Shown here one piece after another: positions 46,784 through 56,100 of a stretch of 64,000 bases of DNA. Where the stretch lies: NCBI GenBank assembly GCA_050954765.1, contig JBPBQJ010000057.1, forward strand, positions 27,242 to 91,241, in the 5' to 3' direction. The DNA comes from Janthinobacterium lividum. GTDB taxonomy: Bacteria > Bacteroidota > Bacteroidia > Cytophagales > Hymenobacteraceae. The stretch's first letter is position 1. Each line of letters starts with the position of its first letter. A model generated the notes under the pieces. The model was not told the origin of the DNA and did not search any database. It saw nothing but the letters and a program-made list of their open reading frames with translations. The translations under genes and the position numbers were made by a program.

Positions 46784-47008
46784 ATGGCTACTGACCTGCC
46801 TCAAGAAGAGGAACCGACCCCCAACCTGCCCGTGGTGCCGGTGCGCGGCGTTACCAACGCCGACGCCTGGAAAATTTACGAACGCTACAACATCGAGTTT
46901 ACCCCGCCCGGCTACGCCGAAATGAAGCTCTGCGAGGTCATTCTCGCCCTGGAGGAAACCGTGATGGATTTTACGCGCGCCGAGCAAAGTCGGCGCGGCA
47001 AGCAATAA
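46784..47008 (+). CDS. 74-aa acidic hypothetical protein downstream of the RNA
   Basis: MATDLPQEEE...; immediately followed by terminator. Confidence 0.55.
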   Translation: MATDLPQEEEPTPNLPVVPVRGVTNADAWKIYERYNIEFTPPGYAEMKLCEVILALEETVMDFTRAEQSRRGKQ

Positions 47009-47010
47009 TG

Positions 47011-47043
47011 AAAAAAGCCCCGGCCAGCAGCCGGGGCTTTTTT
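47011..47043. terminator. Bidirectional intrinsic terminator
   Basis: AAAAAAGCCCCGGC-cagca-GCCGGGGCTTTTTT. Confidence 0.85.
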
Positions 47044-47167
47044 ATTTCACTAAACCCCGGCTTTGCCAGCCAGGCGTTGGTCGGCAAAGGTAGCGGGGGA
47101 TTGCCCAGGACTAAGGGGCCTTTTTGCTGTCCTTTTTGCCGGCAATTGCCACGCGCAGCTTTGGGGC

Positions 47168-47989
47168 ATGGAAGACGTGGAATGGAATGGCCAGGCCAAA
47201 CAAGTGGCCGCGAGCTGGGACGAGCTGAGCCTAGTGCAACTGCCGCGGGTAGTAGCCATCCTGTACGGCAGCTACTCCGACCCCAATCAGCAGCGCATCG
47301 AATTGCTGGAGGTGCTGCTGGGCGTGAGCCGCCCCACGCTGCTGCGCCTGACGTCGGTGCAGTTGCTGGGCATCTTCTGGCTCACTGATTTTCTGCTCGT
47401 CGCGCCCGTGACCCGCACCCTCGTGGTGGCCCCGGTCCTGCGCCCCGTTTGGTGGCGGTCGGCCTTCTACGCCCCGGCCGACGAGCTGGCCAACGTGAGC
47501 TTTCTCGAGTTCGCCTTCGCCGACGCCTACTTCGTGGCCTACTGCGGCACCCGCGAGGCGCAGTGGCTCGACCAGCTGCTCGGCACGCTCTACCGCCCCC
47601 AGCGCGCCGGCTACAACCCGCGCGCGGCCGACTACGCGGGCGATCGGCGGGCGCCCTTCAACGAAAACCTTATCGAGCAGCACGCCGGGCGGCTCGCCCG
47701 GCTGCCTCAGGCCACGAAGCTGCTCGTCTTTACCTGGTACCGCGGCTGTCGGCACGCGCTCGAGCAGCGCTACCCGCACGTGTTCACGCCCGCCACCGAC
47801 GAGCAGGTGCGCAGCCATCCGGACGGCTGGAGCTTCGTGCTGCGCGAGATGAGTGGCCAGGCCTTCGGCTCCTTCGCCGAAACCGGTCGCCAGGAGGCGG
47901 GCCAGGTGCTGGCCAAGATGAACGACGACGTCGCCCGGGCCCAGGAGCTGCGCCGCCAGGAAGAAGCCCAGCAACGCGCCACTACTTAA
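47168..47989 (+). CDS. Tail-region protein (possible assembly chaperone)
   Basis: ATG 4 nt after late-motif TTTG; SWDELS and RYPHVF motifs. Confidence 0.55.
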   Translation: MEDVEWNGQAKQVAASWDELSLVQLPRVVAILYGSYSDPNQQRIELLEVLLGVSRPTLLRLTSVQLLGIFWLTDFLLVAPVTRTLVVAPVLRPVWWRSAFYAPADELANVSFLEFAFADAYFVAYCGTREAQWLDQLLGTLYRPQRAGYNPRAADYAGDRRAPFNENLIEQHAGRLARLPQATKLLVFTWYRGCRHALEQRYPHVFTPATDEQVRSHPDGWSFVLREMSGQAFGSFAETGRQEAGQVLAKMNDDVARAQELRRQEEAQQRATT

Positions 47990-47999
47990 CCTTTTCGCT

Positions 48000-48191
48000 A
48001 TGAGCTGCAAAACCTGCGCCTATCCCAAGGCCCTCTGCTTGGCCGTGTACTGCAAAAAAGACCCCGAGCTGCGCAATCTGCCCGCCTCCGTGGGCGACAT
48101 CGCCGGCGCGCCCCTTATCCAGGCCAAGGCGCCCGAGTGGTGCCCAGGGCCTAGTCCGGTTACTTCTACTGCCTCTGCCCCATGCGCTTAG
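48000..48191 (+). CDS. Small Cys-rich protein
   Basis: CxxC, YC and PEWCP motifs. Confidence 0.45.
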   Translation: MSCKTCAYPKALCLAVYCKKDPELRNLPASVGDIAGAPLIQAKAPEWCPGPSPVTSTASAPCA

Positions 48192-48715
48192 ATACCTACC
48201 ACCACCTGCTCAGTGAGCTAGGTCGCCGCCACAAGGCCATCACGGCTAGCCCCGAGAATGGCCGCTTTTTGCGCATTTTCATCTCGGCCGACCCCGTGCA
48301 GAAGCAAATCGACCTGATTAACTTCCAGGGCGCCACCCGTTCGGAGCTGAAGGCGCCGGCCGGTCAGGCCTACCTGGTGGCCGAAAACTACCAGGTCGAC
48401 TACGGCGACAATCAGGGCGACTACCTGAGCCGCGAGTTTCGCGGCGCCTACCTGGTGCTGCAGCGCGCCGACCGCAACAACTACGCCCAGCGCGACGCGG
48501 CCGTGGCCAAGTGCGAAACCGTCGCCGAGCAACTGCTGGCGGCCCTGGTGGAGCAACTGCGCGAGGAGCACGACGCACTCATCAGTGTGCGCGATGCCTG
48601 GCTCGAGCACCTTGGCCCCCTGGCCGATACCAGCGTGGGCGTGCGGATGAATTTCACCTGGAGCGAGTCGGCCGGCGAGGATTTAGTATACGACGAAACC
48701 CACTTTACTGCGTAG
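48182..48715 (+). CDS. Putative tail terminator/completion protein
   Basis: 177 aa, acidic, in tail operon. Confidence 0.45.
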   Translation: MRLDTYHHLLSELGRRHKAITASPENGRFLRIFISADPVQKQIDLINFQGATRSELKAPAGQAYLVAENYQVDYGDNQGDYLSREFRGAYLVLQRADRNNYAQRDAAVAKCETVAEQLLAALVEQLREEHDALISVRDAWLEHLGPLADTSVGVRMNFTWSESAGEDLVYDETHFTA

Positions 48716-48716
48716 C

Positions 48717-50774
48717 ATGGCCGGTGAGCGTTTAACCAAACTGACTATTCTCGTCAGCCTGTCCCCCAACGATAATGCCCGGGGCGAGCAAACCACGGAA
48801 GTGCGTTTGCGCCTTGCCGGGGGCTGGATTAGCTACTACCGCGGGGCCTATACCCAGCAGCACCAGTACGAGGTGCCCGACCCCGATGACGTAAAGCGTG
48901 AGTACGTCAAGCAGGCCGTTGACAACCTGCTGGCCCTGGTGAAGCTCGACGTGCAGACGCGCGGACTGCCCTATACCGTGTCGGCCTCACGCGATTTGGG
49001 CAACGACGTCAACACCGGCTGGCCCAAGATTGCCTTCGACCTCGAGGCTACGCAGTACAGCCAGCAGCTCGACCTGGACTTCGAAAACCGCTCGTCACTT
49101 CCGGACGGCTTTACCGTGCTGCTGCGCCAAGCCACGCTCCAGCCCATTGTGCTGCAGGCAATCAGGCTGCCCGCCGGTAGTTACGGCGCGGCCAACGGCG
49201 CCATCTACGTATCGGCCTACCAGGGCAATACGCAGCCTTTTACCTACACCTGGGCCGACGATAAGACGGTCATCGGCAGTTTTCGGGAGCAGCTCAAGGC
49301 CGGCAAGTACACCGTTATCGTGGCCGACCAGGACGGCGTGTCGGCCACGGCTACCTACGAGGTCACGAGCGACGCCCAGCTGCTAGTGACGGTGCAGCAA
49401 ACCGAAAGCAGCCTGGACTTGCTCGTGCGTGGGGGCGTGCCGCCCTACACCGTAGAGTGGGACGACGATAAGACGGCCGGCTTCGCGCGCACGGGGCTCG
49501 CCCCCGGCACCTACCGGGCCACCGTGCGCGATGACCACGGCGCCAGCCAGCGCCTCGTGGCCACGCTACTGGCTGGACTCTGCTACTTCAGCCAGAACCC
49601 CGTGCGCCTGGCCCTGGACGCCGGCCCGGCCTACCGGCTCGACCCCACCCTGAAGCCCAACCTGAGCTTCGTGGCCGAGGTGTGGGTAGAGCGTGCGTAC
49701 CTCTCGGGTACCTACGAGCAGGTGGGACCGCAGCTCGAGCAGCCAGCCGACGCCAACGGGCGCACCGTCTTCGACGTGCAGGCCCTGCTCGACGCCCACG
49801 TGCGCGAGCATGTGCCGGCGCTCGAGCAGGGCCTGGCCGCGCTGGCCACGGGCTTGTTCAAGCGCTTTTACCTTAAAAGTGCCGAGCGCTTCGGCACGCC
49901 GCCCGTGACGGCCGGCCTGGCCTCGGCCCAGGTACACGTGGTGCTCTGCGGGGGCCTGAGCCCGGCCGAAGCCGAGGCCGGCCGCTGGCCCGCCTACCAG
50001 GCGGCCGTGCGGCCGTTTCTCACCTGGGAGCCCGACTATCAGCAGGTGTTGCCCACGCAGCCGGCCTACCTGTATTACCAGCACGTGGCCGACGACGGCG
50101 ACGTGGAGCTGCGGGCCACCGTGCGCCACGTGGCGGGTACCACGGCCGAGCTGCCGCTTACCACGCTCGTGGGGGCGCGCCGCTGGGAAGTGTACTGCCT
50201 GGCCGTGGGGCCGGCCGCGCTGGGCCTTACCGGTGACGAGGTAGCCGGCTACGACGTGTGGCTGGCCACCGCTGCCGGCGTGCTGCGCAGCCAGGTGCGC
50301 CACTTCGTGCTGGAGCGCGCCTACTACCCGCAGCAGCGCTTTTTTATCTACAGCAATAGCTTAGGCGGGGCCAACGTGCTGGCGGCCCTGGCCCCGGCCA
50401 AGCAGACGCTGGAAGTAGTGGCCACCGAGGCGCAGCGCCCGGCCTACGACCCGGAACTCGGCGACGTGGCCACGCTCGACCGGCTCGGCAAGCCCACGCT
50501 CAGCGTCACCACCGGCCCGCGCCGGCGCGCCCAGGTGCAGGCCGACCAGGAGCTGCTCTACTCGCGCCGAGTCGTGCTGCTCTCCGGGGGCCAGTACTGG
50601 CCGGGCCGGGTGGCCCCGGCCACCTACACCGTGCGCGACGAGTCCGAGGGGTTGGCTAGCCTGGCCTTCGACTTCGTGCTGGTCCAGCAGCGCCACTTCA
50701 GCCCCCGCTTGCCGCTCGTGGTCACCGGGGTGCCCGTCATGCCGGTCGCCGGCGGGGAAGGAGCCACGCCATGA
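48717..50774 (+). CDS. Tail protein containing two SprB-like repeats
   Basis: YGAANGAI...PFTYTW...LKAGKYTVIVADQDG and GGVPPYTVEW...LAPGTYRATVRDDHG. Confidence 0.65.
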   Translation: MAGERLTKLTILVSLSPNDNARGEQTTEVRLRLAGGWISYYRGAYTQQHQYEVPDPDDVKREYVKQAVDNLLALVKLDVQTRGLPYTVSASRDLGNDVNTGWPKIAFDLEATQYSQQLDLDFENRSSLPDGFTVLLRQATLQPIVLQAIRLPAGSYGAANGAIYVSAYQGNTQPFTYTWADDKTVIGSFREQLKAGKYTVIVADQDGVSATATYEVTSDAQLLVTVQQTESSLDLLVRGGVPPYTVEWDDDKTAGFARTGLAPGTYRATVRDDHGASQRLVATLLAGLCYFSQNPVRLALDAGPAYRLDPTLKPNLSFVAEVWVERAYLSGTYEQVGPQLEQPADANGRTVFDVQALLDAHVREHVPALEQGLAALATGLFKRFYLKSAERFGTPPVTAGLASAQVHVVLCGGLSPAEAEAGRWPAYQAAVRPFLTWEPDYQQVLPTQPAYLYYQHVADDGDVELRATVRHVAGTTAELPLTTLVGARRWEVYCLAVGPAALGLTGDEVAGYDVWLATAAGVLRSQVRHFVLERAYYPQQRFFIYSNSLGGANVLAALAPAKQTLEVVATEAQRPAYDPELGDVATLDRLGKPTLSVTTGPRRRAQVQADQELLYSRRVVLLSGGQYWPGRVAPATYTVRDESEGLASLAFDFVLVQQRHFSPRLPLVVTGVPVMPVAGGEGATP

Positions 50775-52219
50775 TACGCCTGGTCACCGTGGAGCGCCAG
50801 CAGCAACTGCTGCTGCCCACCGAGCTCAGCCTCGACATCGACAACCCCGGCTTTCAGGCCGATGCCATTCCCGGCACCTGGTCGCTGCCTTTCGAGCTGC
50901 CCTGGGCGCGCGAAAACCTGGATGGGCTCAATTTTCCGCAGCTGCACCGCACGGCCGGCGGCCCGCCCCCGGTGGAGGTCGACGTGTACCTGGACGAGGT
51001 GCGCTGGCGCCGCGGCCGGCTCGTGTACGTGAGCGTGGACGTGCCGGCAAAACTGCTCAAGTACAACTTTTACGCCGACGCGGCTGACCTGGCCACCCAG
51101 ATTAAGGACGTCAAGCTCGACAGCCTTGACCTGGGCCAGGTGCCGCTGGAGCGCACGACCAACCCGGTCGACTACGCCCTGCTGCCGGTGCGCAACAAAA
51201 CGTTTTACGGCGATGCCGACAAGGCCCCGGCGGGCTACAACGGGTATCTGAACTACTTCAACGGGGCCTACGCGGCCGACGTGGTAGTGGCGCCGCAGCC
51301 CTACCTGGTGCCCCTGCTGCGCAAGGTGCTGGCGCATTTCGGCTACGAGCTGGTGGGCGCCTGGGCCGACGAGGCGGAACTAAACACGGCCGTTCTCTAC
51401 TCCGACCGGCTGTGTACCGACCCGGGCACCGTGACGCTGAACCGCCACGTGCCGAGTATCGACGTGGCCGACTTGCTGCTCGGGGTGGCGGGGCTGTTTT
51501 GCCTGCAGCTCTACTTCAACCCGCTCACCCGGCAGGCGCGCTTTACGCCCCTGCGCGACGTGGTGGCCGGCGCCGCGGCGAGCCAGCGCCCGCGCCCGGG
51601 CGTGTGGCTCAGCAGCACGGCCAATACCAGCAACGGTTTTTTGCTCAAACAGGAGGCCGACAGCAACGACGAGCTGGACAAGTCGCTCGATACGGGCTGG
51701 CAGCAACTGAGAGTGGGCGCCGGCGGTGAGGAGCAAACCGTGAAGTGCGGCACGCTGCACCTGGTCGATGCCACCGACGCCGGGCGCCAGTGGCTGGTGC
51801 CCGCCTACGAGGGCAAGGGGGCCGTGCCGGGCAATACGGACGTGGGCGACGAGTCGCGGGTAGGCCTGCGCCTGCTCTTCAACCGCGGCTTTCAGCCCGA
51901 CTCGTTCGGCGACCTCTATCCTTTCGGCAGCAGCGGTACTACCAACCGCCGCGGCGTGAGCGTGGGCACTTACTCGCTGCAGTGGGCCGGCGACCAGGGC
52001 TTGTACCAGGTGTGGCACAAGCCCTGGCTCGACTTCCGCGCCCGGGCCGTGCAGCACACCTACCAAAGCGCCTTGCGCGTGGGCGACTTGCTGGAGCTCG
52101 ACCCTAGCCAGGCCGACCTGGTCGATTACCACTTGTGCTTCTGGGAAAAGGTCAGCCTCACGGTGGCCGCCGGCAGCGCGCTGACTTCCGCCACGTTTAC
52201 TTACCAGGAATTGCTATGA
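50771..52219 (+). CDS. Putative tail tip / hub protein
   Basis: WSLPFELP N-terminal motif; ATGA-coupled. Confidence 0.55.
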   Translation: MIRLVTVERQQQLLLPTELSLDIDNPGFQADAIPGTWSLPFELPWARENLDGLNFPQLHRTAGGPPPVEVDVYLDEVRWRRGRLVYVSVDVPAKLLKYNFYADAADLATQIKDVKLDSLDLGQVPLERTTNPVDYALLPVRNKTFYGDADKAPAGYNGYLNYFNGAYAADVVVAPQPYLVPLLRKVLAHFGYELVGAWADEAELNTAVLYSDRLCTDPGTVTLNRHVPSIDVADLLLGVAGLFCLQLYFNPLTRQARFTPLRDVVAGAAASQRPRPGVWLSSTANTSNGFLLKQEADSNDELDKSLDTGWQQLRVGAGGEEQTVKCGTLHLVDATDAGRQWLVPAYEGKGAVPGNTDVGDESRVGLRLLFNRGFQPDSFGDLYPFGSSGTTNRRGVSVGTYSLQWAGDQGLYQVWHKPWLDFRARAVQHTYQSALRVGDLLELDPSQADLVDYHLCFWEKVSLTVAAGSALTSATFTYQELL

Positions 52220-52575
52220 TTACTTACCAGCACTTGCTCTCCAGCATCGACTCGACGGCCCCGACCGGTGCCTGCTTTATTGCCCTAGCTGATGGGCAAG
52301 TGGTGGGCACGCTGGGCCTGCGCCTGCGCGCGCCAGGCGCCTACGTCAACTCGCTCTACGTGGCCCCCAACTTTCAGGGCCAAGGCATTGGGCGTGAGCT
52401 ACTGCGCCAGGCGGCTGAGCTAAGCGTAAAAATGGGCAAGACTACCCTGGGCCTGGCCGTGCATGAGCTTAACCTGCCGGCTCGCCACCTCTACAAATCG
52501 CTGGGCTTTCGCCCCCACGAGTTTGGACAGCAGGATGGGTATCTGCGCTACGTTGCTTTTCTGCCGCTAGCATGA
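52216..52575 (+). CDS. GNAT-family N-acetyltransferase
   Basis: LYVAPNFQGQGIGRELL (motif A), NLPARHLYKSLGF. Confidence 0.88.
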   Translation: MITYQHLLSSIDSTAPTGACFIALADGQVVGTLGLRLRAPGAYVNSLYVAPNFQGQGIGRELLRQAAELSVKMGKTTLGLAVHELNLPARHLYKSLGFRPHEFGQQDGYLRYVAFLPLA

Positions 52576-53060
52576 GCACCGAAATCCTCGACCTGCCCCA
52601 GGCCTTCGCTGAAAACGAGCGCGACGTGGCCCTGGCCTGGCTGAAGTACACCATCGAGCACTTCCAGGCTAACATCAAGCGCCTCAAAATTGGGGCGACC
52701 AACGAGCTGCGCGATAGTTTCCAGGGCACGCTGGTAAGCGCGGCCGGCGGCGACGAGCTCAAGCTGCGCATTGCCTACGCCATCCAGGGCATGTACGTCG
52801 ACATGGGCGTGGGCCGGGGCATGGGCGCTGGCGTGACGAAGGGTGGTGGGCAAACCAAGGAGGGCCGCGACTACCATGAGCTGCGCAACAGCCGCGGCCA
52901 GCTGCGCCGCCACGAGCGCCGGGCCAAGCGCTGGTACGGCAAGCAGCTTGCCTTCGATAGCCGGCGCCTGGCTGAGCTGGTGAGCGACTTGTGGGGCAAG
53001 ACCTTAATTTCGACTATTGCTACGGCCGCTCCGGAGCAGCCCCTGCAGGTCAACTTATAG
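52572..53060 (+). CDS. Putative neck/tail-completion protein (HK97 gp10-like)
   Basis: ELRDSF, YVDMGVGRG and basic KRWY motifs. Confidence 0.45.
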   Translation: MSTEILDLPQAFAENERDVALAWLKYTIEHFQANIKRLKIGATNELRDSFQGTLVSAAGGDELKLRIAYAIQGMYVDMGVGRGMGAGVTKGGGQTKEGRDYHELRNSRGQLRRHERRAKRWYGKQLAFDSRRLAELVSDLWGKTLISTIATAAPEQPLQVNL

Positions 53061-53155
53061 CAGGTAGTTTTTGCTGTCCTTTTTGCCGGCAATTGCCGCC
53101 CGCACCTTCGCCTTGCAATTAGTGCAGAGGATTTTGTGAAGGAGGACATTGCGGG

Positions 53156-56100
53156 ATGGCACAACAGCCAAAGGAGGAGCGCGTCGTTGAGATACTTGTC
53201 AACGGGGCCAAGGCTAACGCGAGCCTTAAAGAGATGGCGGCCGCCGCGGCCGTGCTCAGCAACCAGGTGGCGAAAATCGCGGCCGACGACCCCAAGCGGG
53301 GCGAACTGATTGCGCAGCTGCAAACCATGCGGCAGCGCATTACCGATACGCGCGCCGAAATTGGGGGCCTGCTCACGGCTGAGCAGCAGCTAGCCGCGGC
53401 CAACCAGAAGCTGGCCGAGTCGCAGGCCGCGTCTGTGGCGGAGCAGGAGCGGGCCATCGAGGCCGGCCGGGCCGGTACGGCCTCGTTCAACCAGCTGCGC
53501 ACGGCCGCCGGCTTGCTGGAGAAGCAGCTGCACGAGCTGGGCGCCGACGACCCGGGCCGGGCGGCGCTGCTCACCGACCTGCAAACCCTACGCGGCCGGC
53601 TAGAGGAGGCGCGCACGGCGATGGCGGGCGTTATCCAGACCGAGGCGCAGCAGCGCGCCGCGGCCGAGGCCCTGCGCGCGCAGGAGCAGGCTTTGGCTGA
53701 GGCGGAGGCGCAGCGCCGGCAGGGGCTGGTGCAGCTCGTAGTGAACGGCCAGCGGGTGTCGGCTTCCATGCGCGAAATGCGCGAGGCTGCCTCGCAGTTG
53801 GAAAGCGAGCTGAATGAGTTGGGCCAGGAAGACCCCGCTCGTGGCCCGCTCATTGCCGCGCTGCAGCAGCTGCGCGCCCGGATTCACGACGTGCAGCAGG
53901 AAGTGGCCGGCGTGAGCCAGACCACCAGCACCATGAAGTCGGTAATGACCAACGCGTTTGCCTTCGCCGTGGGTGGGGGCATCGAGCAGGGCATCGAGAA
54001 GGTAGGGGAGATGGGGAAGTCCATTTTCACCACTACGGCCAAGTTTGAAACCTACGGCAAAGTGCTCAGTAACGCCCTGGGCAGCGACTCGCTGGGGCAG
54101 AAGGCGCTGGCCGATATCCAGAAAATGGCGGCCAATACGCCGATATCGGTGGATGCGCTCACCAGCTCGTTTATCAAGTTTGTCAACCGCGGGCTCACGC
54201 CCTCGATGGCAGAGCTGCGCAAGCTCGGCGATTTGGCCAGCAGCCAGGGCAAGGACTTCGACCAGCTCACCGAGGCGGTGCTCGATGCCGGCACCGGCGA
54301 GTTCGAGCGCCTCAAAGAATTTGGCATCGGGGCCAGCAAGGCCGGCGACCAGGTCACGTTCAGCTTTAAGGGCGTGAATACGACCGTGGCCAATACGCCG
54401 GGCGCCATCCAGGCCGCCATCGTGGCCATGGGCGCCGCGAAGGGCGTAGCCGGCGGCATGGCCCTGATTGCCCAGGGGCTCGATGGGCAGCTCTCGAACC
54501 TGGGCGATACGGCCGACCAGACAGCGGTGGAGTGGGGGCAGGTGCTGCGCCCGGCCTTCGTGGCCGTGCTCAGCACGATGGGCTTTCTGCTCGGCATGCT
54601 CAAGGCCTTGCCTGGGTTTGTGAAGGAAAACCGGGGCGTCATCCTGGCGCTGGCCGGTGCGCTGGTAGTTCTGAACCTGGAACAGGTCAAGTGGAATTTG
54701 ATGCTGCTGGAGGAGGCTATCCAGAACAAGGCGAGCATCGTGTGGAAGACGGCCTCGGCCGCGGCCACCGACCTGATGGCCTTCAGCTGGAAGGGGCTCA
54801 ACGCGGCCATCAAGGCCAACCCCATCGGCTTTGTGATTGGCTTGCTCATGCTACTCGGGGGCGCACTGTTTACTGCCTACGAAAAGAGTGAGAAGTTTCG
54901 AGCTGTTGTTAACGGGCTGGGCGCGTCGCTGAAGGAGTTTGTGGTGACGGCGGTGCAGGGCATGATTACGGCGCTCACGGGGCTGGGCGATGTGATTATG
55001 GGCGCACTGACCCTCGACCCGGAGCGTATCAAAAAAGGCCTGCAGGAGGGCTTTGCCGGCGCGAAAGCCATGTACTGGGAGGCCGGTAAGAACGCGGCCA
55101 AGGCCTACGGTGAGGGCTACGCAGAAGAGGCTAAGAACCAAGATTATGAGGCCAACCGGCAGTACGAGGAGCGCCGTAAAGAATTTGCCCAGCGCATCAA
55201 AGATGCCCTGGCCAAGCGGGCGAAGGAGGAAGCTGAGGCCGCGAAGAAAAACCGACTCGAAGCGCTCAAAAATGAGGAGGCAGCCCTAAAGGAGCGCCTG
55301 GCCCGGGTGGCGAAGGACTCGGAAGCCGAAATGCGCATCAAGCAGGCGCTCGTTACCAACGAGGCTAGCCAGAAGCTGACGAATGATAAGCTCACGGAGG
55401 CTGAGCGGCGCATTGTACTAGCTGAAGCGCTGGATAAACGAGTTAATCTGGAGCGGGATTTCTTCGAAAAACAGGCGAAAGAGCGGGAGGCAGCTCGTAA
55501 AAAAGCTGCCGAGGCAGCCCTGCGCGAGCGGTTGGCGGAAATTGAGGCCGAGCGGCACCACCAGGAAGCTAAGCTCAAGCTAAGCCACGCTGCAATGCTG
55601 GCCCGGGGCGACGACCGGGTGAGCGAGTTGTCGGCAATTTATACCGATGGCCAGCTCAAGATTGCCGCGCTGCAGGCCGCTAGTAAAAAGGAAATTGCCC
55701 AGCTCACCGGCACGGCCGCTCAGAAAAAGGCCCGCCAGCTCGATATAGAGAAGGAATTGGCGGCCGATATTGCCCTGGTGCAGGACAAGGCCCGGAAAGA
55801 CCAGCAGGAAAAGCTGGAGAAATGGGCCAAGGAGGATGCCAGCCTGCAGGAGAAGTTTATCGATGGCCAGGTGGAGCTCATCGAAGAGCAGGCCGCGCGC
55901 CAGCAGGCAGCCTTCGACGTGATGCTCGGGGCCGGCCTGGAGTCGCAGCGTCGGGCCGATGAGCTGAAGTACCAGGCTCGGCAGGAGGCTTTCCAGAAGG
56001 AGCTGGCGCTGATTGAGGCGAGCCTGGGCAAGGAGAGTGCGCTTTATAAGCAGGTGTACGCCGCCATGACCAAAGACCAGGGCGACCAGGGCAAGAAGGC

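Noticed and set aside
47168-48191. Programmed frameshift tail chaperone pair
   Set aside because: No convincing slippery heptamer at the ORF end and not adjacent to the tape measure gene
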